From a bacterium (GTDB lineage: Bacteria > Myxococcota_A > Bradymonadia > UBA7976 > UBA1532), in NCBI GenBank assembly GCA_030426945.1, contig JAUHXL010000002.1, forward strand, positions 1 to 52,812: a stretch of 52,812 nt of DNA, written 5' to 3'. The notes under the pieces were generated by a model. It was not told the DNA's origin. It ran no database searches and saw only the letters and a program-made list of their open reading frames with translations. This document shows, piece after piece, positions 1 through 9,036 of this stretch. Both the position numbers and the translations under genes were made by a program. The number at the start of each line of letters is the position of its first letter. The stretch's first letter is position 1.

Positions 1-437
1 TCGAGATGGTGACCCAGCGCCAGCTTGGTGAACCCGTTCTCGGCGCACCACCGATTCAGCACGCCGCGCCGCAGCCGGCCGCACAGCGCGCACGGGATCT
101 GGCCCGGCGCGAGCTGCGGCTCGACGATGCTCCAGGTGTCCTCGCGGATGACCTCCACCGGCAGCTCCAGCGCCGCGCAGACGGCGTCGAACTGCGCCCG
201 CGCGAAGCCCGGTTGATGCTGATCGAGGTGGATCGCGCGCCAGGTGAAGTCGAGGTCGCCGCGCCGCTCGAGGGCCCGCATGACCATCGCCAGCAGCAGC
301 GAGTCCTTTCCGCCCGAGATGCCCACGGCGACGCGATCGCCGGGCTCGATCAGCGTGAAGTCGCGCACCGCCCGTTCGGCCAGGGCCAGGACGGCCTTGC
401 TGGGCCCGGGCGCTGCCGGCAGCGCTCGGGCCCTCAC
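1..437 (-). CDS. ttcA: TtcA-like tRNA 2-thiocytidine PP-loop ATPase (C-terminal part runs off the left edge)
   Basis: Absent from the ORF track because it leaves the window. My reverse-strand translation from GTG at 437 reads [78 protein letters not shown]...CALCGRLRRGVLNRWCAENGFTKLALGHH. It has the SGGKDS PP-loop, LDQ.QPGF and C.LC.RLRRG...ALGHH blocks typical of TtcA. The GTG overlaps the TGA of the upstream gene (GTGA, 434-437). Confidence 0.8.
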   Translation of the reverse strand, partial: MRARALPAAPGPSKAVLALAERAVRDFTLIEPGDRVAVGISGGKDSLLLAMVMRALERRGDLDFTWRAIHLDQHQPGFARAQFDAVCAALELPVEVIREDTWSIVEPQLAPGQIPCALCGRLRRGVLNRWCAENGFTKLALGHHL

Positions 438-2386
438 GGGAAGGGCAGCGACAGGCAGACGTTGCGGCCCTGGTCGTTCAGGTCCTGGCTGCACATCGTC
501 CCGTTGGCGCAGTTGGCGTCGACGTCGCACGGGCGGCTGCAGACGCTCAGGATCACGAAGCCCGAGCACACCAGGCCCGAGGCGCACTGATCATCGGCGG
601 TGCAGGGCTGACCCTCGGCCACGTTGCCCGCCCCGGTGGGCCGGCACTCGCCGCTCTGCACGTGACAGTAAGGGGCGCCGGGGCAGTCGGCCTGAACGGC
701 GCACCGGTCGTTGCATTCGCCCGTCAGCGGGTTGCACTGCTCGCCCGCCGGGCAGCGAACCCCGACGCACATGTCGTTGCAGGTACGCACGACCGGCGTG
801 CAGTGGCGCGTCTCCACGCCGCTGATGCCGCTGCACTCGTACCCCGCCGGGCAGTCGTCGTCGCAGGGCGGCGAGCAGAGCGCCTCGCGGTTGTCGATCA
901 ACACGCAGATGGCGCCCTCGTCACGGCACTGGTCGTTGATCTCGCAGGGATCGCACAGCCCCTGGTTGCCCGGCAGGCACGCGCCGTCCTGCGCGTTGCA
1001 CACGCGCCCGACGCCGCAGTTCACCTCGGCGCAGCGATCGACGCAGGCGCCCGTCGTACGCTCGCAGGTCGCGCCGCACTCGCTCGCGTGGCAGACGCCG
1101 CTGAAGCACTGCGGACAGTTGCACACCGAGCCGGCGCTACAGCTGCCCTGTACCACCCGATCGATGACCTCGATGCGGCAGGTGGCGCCGTCCACGCGCG
1201 CGACCTCCCAGATGTCGCCCTGGGCGCTGTTCAACAGCGGCGCGCGCAGCGTGGCGTCGCCGATGGTGCGTTCGCTCTCGCCGCAACGGATGGTCACCTC
1301 TGCCGTCGCGTCCGTGCCGGTGTTCCCGTCGCCGTAGAAGAGAACCCCGATGAGGTACTTGCCGCTCTCGAGGCGCTCGATGCTGATCTCTTCGGGCCCG
1401 GGCGGCATGGTCGAGTCGACCGTGAGGCCGGGCTGCCCCCACTGAGGATCCGGGTTCTGCCAGTGCAGATCGTGGGCGGGATCGCCCCACTTGCCGTAGG
1501 GATCGACCACGTGCAAGTCCAGGTCGGTCGAGTTGCCCTGCCAGGTCAACGACACCCGCAAGCCGTCGCCCATCGGAGGTGGATCGACGGGCTCACACGC
1601 GTCACCCACACCGTCGCCGTCGGCGTCGGCCTGGTTGCGGTTGGGCGTCTCGCGGCAGTTGTCGCAGGCGTCGCCCACGTCGTCGCCGTCGGTGTCGGTC
1701 TGGCCGCCGTTGGAGACGCGCGGGCAGTTGTCCTCGCCGTCGGGCACGCCGTCGTCGTCGCGATCGGCCGCCTCGCAAGCGTCGCCCACGCCATCACCGT
1801 CGGCGTCCTGCTGGCTGAAGTTGGGGTCGTCGGGGCAGTTGTCGCAGGCGTCCCCCACGCCGTCGTCGTCGGCGTCCGCCTGATCGGCGTTGGCGTCGTC
1901 GGGGCAGTTGTCGCCGTCGCCCTCGACGCCGTCCCCGTCGGGGTCGTCGGGGTTGGGGGGCGGGTCGTCGTCGCACGCGTCGCCCAATCCATCGCCGTCG
2001 CGGTCGCCCTGGCCGGCGTTCGCGTCGGTCGGGCAGTTGTCGCAGGCGTCGCCCACGCTGTCGTCGTCCGCGTCTTCCTGGCGGTTGTTGGCCTCGTCGG
2101 GGCAGTTGTCGTCGCCGTCGGGCACGCCATCGTCGTCCCGATCGCCGGGCGGCCCGCCGCCGCCCTGCCCGGGCTCGCCGCCCTGCCCTGGTACGCCGCC
2201 GGCGCCCGGCTGACCGCCCTGGCCCGGCGTGCCGCCCTGGCCGGGCTCGCCACCCTGGCCGGGACCGCCGCCGTCGACCGCCGCGCCGCCGCCCGCGCCG
2301 GGCGTGCCGGTGCCGCCGCCCCCGCCTCCACCGGGATGACAGCCGACCGCGAGAGCGGCCACGAGAACAACCAGAACGCCGCGCAT
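434..2386 (-). CDS. lipoprotein with a Gly/Pro-rich linker, about 8 thrombospondin type-3 (Ca-binding) repeats, a central beta-sandwich-like domain and a long Cys-rich C-terminus
   Basis: Lies in ORF 434..2701(-). I start it at ATG 2386 ([16 protein letters not shown], lipobox). It has a PGQGG-type linker, then repeats of D.D.DG..D..DNCP ([38 protein letters not shown], and others). These are followed by [10 protein letters not shown]...GPEEISI...[11 protein letters not shown] and then more than 40 Cys in repeated C..C / C.....C spacing. Confidence 0.8.
   Translation of the reverse strand: MRGVLVVLVAALAVGCHPGGGGGGGTGTPGAGGGAAVDGGGPGQGGEPGQGGTPGQGGQPGAGGVPGQGGEPGQGGGGPPGDRDDDGVPDGDDNCPDEANNRQEDADDDSVGDACDNCPTDANAGQGDRDGDGLGDACDDDPPPNPDDPDGDGVEGDGDNCPDDANADQADADDDGVGDACDNCPDDPNFSQQDADGDGVGDACEAADRDDDGVPDGEDNCPRVSNGGQTDTDGDDVGDACDNCRETPNRNQADADGDGVGDACEPVDPPPMGDGLRVSLTWQGNSTDLDLHVVDPYGKWGDPAHDLHWQNPDPQWGQPGLTVDSTMPPGPEEISIERLESGKYLIGVLFYGDGNTGTDATAEVTIRCGESERTIGDATLRAPLLNSAQGDIWEVARVDGATCRIEVIDRVVQGSCSAGSVCNCPQCFSGVCHASECGATCERTTGACVDRCAEVNCGVGRVCNAQDGACLPGNQGLCDPCEINDQCRDEGAICVLIDNREALCSPPCDDDCPAGYECSGISGVETRHCTPVVRTCNDMCVGVRCPAGEQCNPLTGECNDRCAVQADCPGAPYCHVQSGECRPTGAGNVAEGQPCTADDQCASGLVCSGFVILSVCSRPCDVDANCANGTMCSQDLNDQGRNVCLSLPFP
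1592..2143 (-). repeat. coding tandem array of thrombospondin type-3-like Asp-rich repeats, preceded at 2153-2263 by a PGQGG pentapeptide-repeat linker
   Basis: Periodic DxDxDGxxDxxDNCP units are visible in the translation of 434..2386(-). Coordinates were computed from residue positions in the ORF track protein. Confidence 0.7.
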
Positions 2387-2507
2387 GGCATCCCTCCCCA
2401 AGGGCGAAAACCGCGGCAGTCTACTGAAGGCGGGCCTTCGTTTCACCTGCCGGCGTGGTGCTGACCGTCGCGACCCGACATACTCCGCGACGACGCGGGA
2501 GGAGCCG

Positions 2508-3380
2508 ATGGAACGACGCAAGGTCTGGTCGGTGCTGGGCAACAGCCAGCGCCTCGACGGTGGGGCGATGTTCGGCAACGCGCCCAAGGCGCTGTGGCAG
2601 CGGTGGCTGGCGCCGGACGAGCGCAACACCATCCCGCTGGCGTGCCGGGCGATGCTCGTCGAGGAGGCGAACGGCCGCCGCGTCCTCTTCGAGACGGGCA
2701 TCGGCGCCTTCTTCGCGCCCGACCTGCGCGCCCGCTACGGCGTGCAGGAGGATCGCCACGTGCTGCTCGACAACCTGGAGGCGCTGGGGCTGAGCGACGC
2801 CGACGTCGACGTCGTCGTGCTCTCGCACCTGCACTTCGACCACGCGGGCGGCCTGCTGGCGGCCTTCGCCGAGGACGAGACGCCGCGGCTGCTGTTCCCG
2901 AAGGCGACCTTCGTGGTCAGCCGCGCCGCCTGGGATCGCGCGAAGCGGCCCCACGCCCGCGACCGGGCGTCGTTCATCCCCGAGCTGCCCGCGCTGCTCG
3001 AGGCGAGCGGGCGCCTCGAGGTCGTCGACGGCGACCGCTCGGCCACGCTGGGCCCCGACTATCGGCTGCACTACAGCGAGGGCCACACGCCCGGCCTGAT
3101 GCTGGCCGAGGTGCCGAGCGACGACGGCCCGATCCTCTATTGCGGCGATCTGATCCCCGGCGCCCCCTGGGTGCACCTGCCCATCACGATGGGCTACGAC
3201 CGCTATCCCGAGAAGCTGATCGACGAGAAGCGCGCCCTGCTGACCGACCTGAAGGCGCGCGGCGGGCGGCTGTTCTTCACCCACGATCCCGAGGTCGCGC
3301 TCGCCCGCGTCGAGCAGGACGAGCGCGGACGCTTTCGCGCGGGCGCGCCGCTGGCCGAGCTGGACGGCCTGCCCGCGTAA
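2508..3380 (+). CDS. MBL-fold metallo-hydrolase
   Basis: Lies in ORF 2385..3380(+). I start it at ATG 2508, preceded by GGGAGGAG. The HxHxDH motif is present in [13 protein letters not shown], and downstream His and Asp residues ([20 protein letters not shown]) fit the beta-lactamase fold. Confidence 0.85.
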   Translation: MERRKVWSVLGNSQRLDGGAMFGNAPKALWQRWLAPDERNTIPLACRAMLVEEANGRRVLFETGIGAFFAPDLRARYGVQEDRHVLLDNLEALGLSDADVDVVVLSHLHFDHAGGLLAAFAEDETPRLLFPKATFVVSRAAWDRAKRPHARDRASFIPELPALLEASGRLEVVDGDRSATLGPDYRLHYSEGHTPGLMLAEVPSDDGPILYCGDLIPGAPWVHLPITMGYDRYPEKLIDEKRALLTDLKARGGRLFFTHDPEVALARVEQDERGRFRAGAPLAELDGLPA

Positions 3381-3436
3381 GGTCGGCCCGCGTAAGATCG
3401 GCCCGACGAGCGCGTCGGGTGGCGCGGAGGTACGAG

Positions 3437-4594
3437 ATGCGCGCGCGACGATGGATCTTCCTGGCGGCCCTGGTGGCCGCCGGCTGCAGCCAGGACGACG
3501 ACGACAACGGTGTGCCCGGCGACGCCGGCCCAGATGACGCCAGCCCCGGCGACGCGGGGCCCGACCCCGGCACCTTCGCGCAGCGCCTCGCGGCCTGCGA
3601 GGCCGAGGGGTTCTGGCGCGTCGACTACGACCCCACCGACGAGGCCGCGCGCAACGCGGGTCAGAAGCTGAGCGACGTGCTGCACCTGACGCCGGCCGGC
3701 GTGACGGTGGACGCGTACCAGGTGGGTGAGTGCGACGCGCCGCCGATGGTCGACGCGGGCTGGGTGGGCGACGCGGGCTGTACCCTGCGTGTCCAGCGCA
3801 CCACCGGACCGTGTGGCGGCGGGGGCTACCGCTCGTCGCTCGACCTGACGGTGACGCTGGGTGGGTCGAGCGGCGGAGGCCAGGCCACCTTCGGTGAGGC
3901 CCCGGCCGGCGAGCCGCTGCCCGAGGGCAGCTTCGCCGTCACCGCCGAGCGACATCCCGCCGACGACGCCTGCGCCGCCCCGGACCCCGAGCCGGCCCAG
4001 CCCGGCATCTTCGGCGACTGGGCCCTCGAGGGCACCGCGCAGACGACCGGCGAGGTCATCGTCGACAGCGTGGAGATCGACGACGAGACGCAGTGGGTGA
4101 CGGTGCACCTGGCCGACGGCGCCGATCCGATCAAGGTGCCGCTGTCGCCCGACCACCCCGCGCCCCCCGCGGTCGGCGACACGCTGTGGCTGGATGGCGA
4201 GACCGACATGCCGTTCTGGGTCGAGGGCGCCTACGTCCTGCGCGCGGCCGCAGACGGACCGCTCGTCGCGGCGGGCATCACCGGATCGACGCAGTGGCTG
4301 GACAAGGGGCCTTGGATCCGCGCCGGCCTGACCCTGGCGACGACGGCCGCCTGCGCCCCCGCCTGGCTGTCGCTGGACTGCGGCGAGCTGGCCACCTTCT
4401 ACCGCGTGTCCGTCGGCGCGCCGGACGCCCGGGCCCTGTCGGCCGGCATCGGCGAGTCCCGCACGATCGAGGCGCCCACCCTGGGCGGCCCGCTCGACTT
4501 CCAGGTGCGCAACGCCACCACCTACGACCAGGTGCAGTGCACCGATCACCCCGGCGCATGGTTCAACCTGGTGCTGCAACCGGCGGCCGAGTAG
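3437..4594 (+). CDS. hypothetical lipoprotein (paralog A of a tandem pair)
   Basis: In frame within the shadow-extended ORF 2594..4594. ATG 3437 gives MRARRWIFLAALVAAGCSQDDDD (lipobox followed by an acidic linker). It is homologous by eye to the next gene (ACEAEGFWRVDY vs AECNALGSWQLAY; PLSPDHPAPPAVGDTLWL vs SLPLDHPRPPSVGDRAWL). Confidence 0.65.
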   Translation: MRARRWIFLAALVAAGCSQDDDDNGVPGDAGPDDASPGDAGPDPGTFAQRLAACEAEGFWRVDYDPTDEAARNAGQKLSDVLHLTPAGVTVDAYQVGECDAPPMVDAGWVGDAGCTLRVQRTTGPCGGGGYRSSLDLTVTLGGSSGGGQATFGEAPAGEPLPEGSFAVTAERHPADDACAAPDPEPAQPGIFGDWALEGTAQTTGEVIVDSVEIDDETQWVTVHLADGADPIKVPLSPDHPAPPAVGDTLWLDGETDMPFWVEGAYVLRAAADGPLVAAGITGSTQWLDKGPWIRAGLTLATTAACAPAWLSLDCGELATFYRVSVGAPDARALSAGIGESRTIEAPTLGGPLDFQVRNATTYDQVQCTDHPGAWFNLVLQPAAE

Positions 4595-4648
4595 GCCCGA
4601 CGCGACGGCTTCCGATAGGCTGGCGGCCAGACCCTGGGGAGCCACGCC

Positions 4649-5749
4649 ATGCCTGTGCGCCGAGCGCTGTGGGTGATCGTCGCGGTCGTCCTGGGTTGCG
4701 CCGACGACGACGATGCGACGTCCGGCGCCAGGGCGGACCCCGACGGCGGCGCCGCCGCCGACGCCGCTCCACCGGTCGACTTCGGCGAGCGCGCCGCCGA
4801 GTGCAACGCCCTCGGCAGCTGGCAGCTCGCCTACGCGCGGCCCGTCGGCGGCCGGCCGACCTTCCTGCACATCTCCCCCGATGGGGTCGAGCTCGACGTG
4901 CCCCAGCCCTCGGGCTGTCCCGCGGCGCTCGCGGTCGACGCCACGTGGGGGCCCACCCGCTGTGCGCTCACCGTGCGCACGCATCACGGCCGGTGCGCCC
5001 GTGGTGAGGGCAGCCGGGCGCGAACCCTGGCGCTCGACTTCACCCTCTCGCCACCGAGCGGCCCTGCCGTGCTGGTCGACCCGCAGGCGACCCTGTTGGA
5101 CGCGATCGTCACGGCCACGCGCGCCGTGCCCGGGCGCCGCTGCGACGCCGATCCACCGGGGCCATCGGGCGGACCGGCCTTCCCCTGGTCTCGTCCCGGG
5201 GTAGACCTCACGCACACCGATACCGAGGTGATCGTGACCGCGGTCGAGGCGGAGGCGGAGCACACCGTGCTGGTGTTGAGCGACGGGACGGACGCACCGC
5301 CACAGCGCGTGAGTCTGCCCCTGGACCATCCGCGACCGCCATCGGTCGGCGACCGCGCGTGGCTGCACCACGCCGCCTACGACGCCCTCGACGCCTTGAT
5401 CCTGGTCGAGTTCGTGCTGCGCACCCAGCCCGACGGCCCCCTGATCGCCGCGGCGTATTGGGGCTCGTCCGGCTTCGTCCCGTACGCCCACGAGCTGGGG
5501 ATCGACGCGACCACCGCCCCGGCCTGCGTGCCCTACTGGCAGGGCGCGACGCTCGTGACGCCTCAGCAGGTGACCTACACCTTCGAGGCGCAGACGCTGA
5601 CGCTGGGCCCGGGCGACACGGGGCTGCTCGACGTGCCCGCGCTGGGCGGCACGATCCAGCTCCGGCTCGACCGCGCGGCCGAAGGTGACTACGGCTTCGT
5701 CGGCGACGATGGCGGAGGCTTCGCTGGTTCGATGCTGCCGGCCGACTGA
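4649..5749 (+). CDS. hypothetical lipoprotein (paralog B of a tandem pair)
   Basis: ORF 4649..5749(+) starts MPVRRALWVIVAVVLGCADDDD (lipobox). It has the same domain order and motifs as 3437..4594. Confidence 0.65.
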   Translation: MPVRRALWVIVAVVLGCADDDDATSGARADPDGGAAADAAPPVDFGERAAECNALGSWQLAYARPVGGRPTFLHISPDGVELDVPQPSGCPAALAVDATWGPTRCALTVRTHHGRCARGEGSRARTLALDFTLSPPSGPAVLVDPQATLLDAIVTATRAVPGRRCDADPPGPSGGPAFPWSRPGVDLTHTDTEVIVTAVEAEAEHTVLVLSDGTDAPPQRVSLPLDHPRPPSVGDRAWLHHAAYDALDALILVEFVLRTQPDGPLIAAAYWGSSGFVPYAHELGIDATTAPACVPYWQGATLVTPQQVTYTFEAQTLTLGPGDTGLLDVPALGGTIQLRLDRAAEGDYGFVGDDGGGFAGSMLPAD

Positions 5750-6018
5750 GATCGCACAGGGCGAGCCTCGGCCGGCCCCACGACCTCGGGGCCCGACCGA
5801 CGCCCGCCCCCTGCCGCGCGCGGGCGCCGTCGACGCCGGCCGGCGCCCCATCGAGCATAGCTTTTCAAAGAACTGAACGCGCGTTCACCCATCCTAGTGG
5901 CGCGGCGTTCGCCGGGTCTTACGCGCGGTCGCGACTTTTTTTCGCCGCCTGCGCCCAGGCCCCTCTCCACCGCGCCGGACGGGTTCGCGCCGCCGCGGCC
6001 CTCTGCTACAAGTCGCGC

Positions 6019-9000
6019 ATGCTGGTGGTGCACCGCGGCAATCGGATGGAGGCGCTGGCGGACGCGCTGGCCGACGTGCTGCGCGCGCCGTCCGGTGGGC
6101 CCTTCGACGCCGAGTGCGTGGCGGTGGCGGCGCCCGGCCTCGAGCGTTGGCTCGAGCTGTGGCTGGCGCACCGGCTGGGCATCTGCGCGCAGATTCGCTT
6201 CCCGTCGCCGGCGGGTCTGGTGCGCGCCGCGCTGGGGGACGCCGCGGACGCGTGGTCGTCGCGGCGGCTGCTGTGGCCGGCCTTGGTCGCTCTCGACGCG
6301 CTCGACGAAGGCCCGGTGCCCGCCGCGCTGGCGCGCTCGCGGAGTGACGCACACCTCGTGGGCCTGGCCGCGCAGGTCGGGGAGGCGTTGGCGCGCGTCG
6401 CGACCTACCGGCCCGAGCGCGCCCGCGCCTGGTCGGCGGGTGAGGGCGACGACTGGCTGGCGCGCGTGTGGCGCGCCGTCGAGGCGGATCTCGGGGTCCC
6501 CTCGCCCGCCGCCGTCGACCTCGGGCCGGCCGACCTGCCGCCCCGCCTCTGCGTCTTCGCCGTCTCGACGCTGGCCCCGCTGCACCTCGAGGTCCTCACC
6601 CGCCTGGCGGCCGAGCGCGAGGTGCACGTCTTCGCCCTCGATCCGGGCGACGCGCCCGCCGACCACCCGCTGGTGAGCGCGCTGGGCCGCCTGCCCCGCG
6701 AGCTGGCCGCGGCCCTCGGCGCCCTGCCCGACGCCGACCAGCGCACCCACCGCGTCGATCCCGGCGCCGACACCGTGCTGCGCGCCCTGCAGCGCCATCT
6801 GTTGACCGGCGACGCCCCCCGCCTGCCGCCGGACGACTCGGTGCAGATCCACGGCTGCGCCGGCCCGCTGCGGCAGGTCGAGGCCCTGCGCGACGTCCTG
6901 CTCGACCTGCTGCTGCGTCACCCGGACCTCGAGCCCCACCACGTGCTGGTGATGGCCGCCGACGTGCCCACCTACGCGCCGCTGGTCGAGGCCGTGTTCG
7001 CCGACGAGGACGGCGGCCTGCCGCGCTTGCCCTTCGTGCTCGCCGACCGGGGCGCCCGCGCCGTGAACCCGGCCGCCGAGGCCCTGCTCGCCACCCTCGA
7101 CCTGGTCGGCGGCCGCTTCGAAGCCAGCGCCGTGCTCGATCTGCTCGCCCTGCCGCCGGTCCTACGCCGCTTCGGGCTCGACGAGGACGACCTCGAGGCC
7201 GTGCAGCGCCTGGTGACCGACGCCGGCATCCGCTGGGGCCTCGACGCCGACCACCGCGCCGCGCAGGGGCAGCCCGCGACGCCCGAGCACACCTGGCGCT
7301 TCGGCCTCGACCGCCTGCTGCTGGGCCAGGCCACGGCCCACGACGATCTGGTGCTCGGCGTCCTGCCGCACGAGGCCGTCGAGGGCAAAGAGGATCGCGC
7401 GGTCCTCGGATCGCTGGTGGCCTTCGTCGACGCTCTGGCGACCGCCGCGCACGCGCTGACCGCCCCCCGACCGATGCCCACGTGGAGCGCCGATCTGCGC
7501 GCCGCCCTCGACGCCCTGTGTGCCGCCGACGACGACACCGCCTGGCAGCTGCAGCAGGTGCGCGACACCCTCGGCGCCCTGGCCGAGGAGGCCGCCGCGG
7601 TCGAACGCCCGCTCGACCGCCCGGGCGTCGCCGCCTTGCTGCGCGCCCGCCTCGAGCGCCCGGAGCCGGGCCGCGCCTTCCTGACCGGCGGTGTCACCTT
7701 CAGCGGCATGGTGCCCCTGCGCAGCATCCCCTTCCGCGTCGTCTGCCTGCTGGGCCTCGACGACGGCGCCTTCCCGCGCCCGGACCGCCGCCCGGCCTTC
7801 GATCCGCTGGTCCGCGAGCAGCGCGCGGGCGACCGCCCGGACCGCGACGACGACCGCGCGCTGTTCCTCGAGGCGCTGCTGGCCGCGCGCGATCACCTCG
7901 TGGCTTTCTACACCGCGCGCGATCCCCGCGACGGCGCGCCGCGCCTGCCCGCGCAGCCCCTCGCCGCCCTGCTGGATCACCTGCCCACGGTCACCGACGA
8001 CGTCGCCGCGTTGCAGCACCACCACCCGCTGCACGCCTTCGACGCCGCCAACTTCGCGCCCGCGGCCCCGCGCAGCTTCGACGCGCGCCTGCGCGCCGCC
8101 GCCGAGGCCGGTCGCGCCCCGCGGGTGCCCGCCTCGCCCTTCTTCGCCGGCCCCCTGCCGCCCGTCGACGGCGACCGCGTCCTCACCCTCGACGCCCTCA
8201 TCGCCTTCCTGATGAACCCCGTGCGCGCGGTCTTCGGCCGCCGCCTGGGCGTGTGGTTGGGCGAGGCCGCCGACGCCGTGCCCGACCGCGAGGCCCTCGA
8301 GCCGGACGCCCTGCAGCGCTGGGCCCTGGCTGACGATCTGCTGCGCCGCGCGCTGGACGGTCACCCCCTGAGCGACGCCGCCCGCGTCCGCGCGCGCGCC
8401 GCCGGCCTGCTGCCGCCCGGCGGCCCCGGCGACGCGCTGTTCACCGCCGCCGCGAGCGACGTCGAGCCGGTCTTCCTGCAGGTGCAGCAGATGCGCGCCG
8501 GCGGCCCGCGCCCGCCCGTCGACGTCGACCTCGTCGTCGCCGAGACGCGCCTGTCCGGGCGGGTCAGCGGTCTGTGGGCCGAGGGCCACCTGCACCACCA
8601 GATGTCGAAGGTGCGCGGCAAGCACCGCCTGGCCGCGTGGGTGCGCCACCTCGCGCTGCACGCCAGCGGCTGGACGGGCCGCAGCGCCGTCGTCGGCAAG
8701 GACTGCACCTGCGTCCTGCAGCCCCTGCGGCGCGATCCCACCGCGCTGCTCGAGGCGCTGGTCGCCCTCTACTGGTTGGGCCAGCGCACGCCGCTGATGT
8801 TCTTCCCGGAGCCCAGCGAGACCTTCGCGCGCGAGGTTGGGCGCAGGGGCGCCGAGGCCGCCGCGGAGCGGGCCTTCCGCTTCTGGGGCAAGTACGGCGA
8901 ACCCGACGTCTACGCCCGCGCCGTGCTGGGCGACGCCCTCCCCACCGCGGTCGATCCGGCCCTCGTCCCGCCCAAGTGCGACTTCGCCGGCCTCGCCGTC

Positions 9001-9036
9001 GGCGTCTTCGGCCCGCTGCTGGAGCACCTGTCGTGA
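6019..9036 (+). CDS. recC: exodeoxyribonuclease V gamma subunit RecC
   Basis: This 1005-aa ORF begins MLVVHRGNRMEALADALADVL (RecC-like N-terminus). Its size and position fit the call: it sits directly upstream of a RecB-type gene and overlaps it (GTGA at 9033-9036), followed by RecD. The call rests on synteny plus recognition of the N-terminal pattern. Confidence 0.8.
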   Translation: MLVVHRGNRMEALADALADVLRAPSGGPFDAECVAVAAPGLERWLELWLAHRLGICAQIRFPSPAGLVRAALGDAADAWSSRRLLWPALVALDALDEGPVPAALARSRSDAHLVGLAAQVGEALARVATYRPERARAWSAGEGDDWLARVWRAVEADLGVPSPAAVDLGPADLPPRLCVFAVSTLAPLHLEVLTRLAAEREVHVFALDPGDAPADHPLVSALGRLPRELAAALGALPDADQRTHRVDPGADTVLRALQRHLLTGDAPRLPPDDSVQIHGCAGPLRQVEALRDVLLDLLLRHPDLEPHHVLVMAADVPTYAPLVEAVFADEDGGLPRLPFVLADRGARAVNPAAEALLATLDLVGGRFEASAVLDLLALPPVLRRFGLDEDDLEAVQRLVTDAGIRWGLDADHRAAQGQPATPEHTWRFGLDRLLLGQATAHDDLVLGVLPHEAVEGKEDRAVLGSLVAFVDALATAAHALTAPRPMPTWSADLRAALDALCAADDDTAWQLQQVRDTLGALAEEAAAVERPLDRPGVAALLRARLERPEPGRAFLTGGVTFSGMVPLRSIPFRVVCLLGLDDGAFPRPDRRPAFDPLVREQRAGDRPDRDDDRALFLEALLAARDHLVAFYTARDPRDGAPRLPAQPLAALLDHLPTVTDDVAALQHHHPLHAFDAANFAPAAPRSFDARLRAAAEAGRAPRVPASPFFAGPLPPVDGDRVLTLDALIAFLMNPVRAVFGRRLGVWLGEAADAVPDREALEPDALQRWALADDLLRRALDGHPLSDAARVRARAAGLLPPGGPGDALFTAAASDVEPVFLQVQQMRAGGPRPPVDVDLVVAETRLSGRVSGLWAEGHLHHQMSKVRGKHRLAAWVRHLALHASGWTGRSAVVGKDCTCVLQPLRRDPTALLEALVALYWLGQRTPLMFFPEPSETFAREVGRRGAEAAAERAFRFWGKYGEPDVYARAVLGDALPTAVDPALVPPKCDFAGLAVGVFGPLLEHLS

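Noticed and set aside
6021-6028. The E. coli Chi octamer GCTGGTGG sits exactly at codons 1-3 of recC, and occurs again near 9848.
   Set aside because: Chi sequences are species-specific. This octamer is simply a likely string in GC-rich coding DNA (Leu-Val-Val), so there is no basis for calling it a Chi site in this organism.
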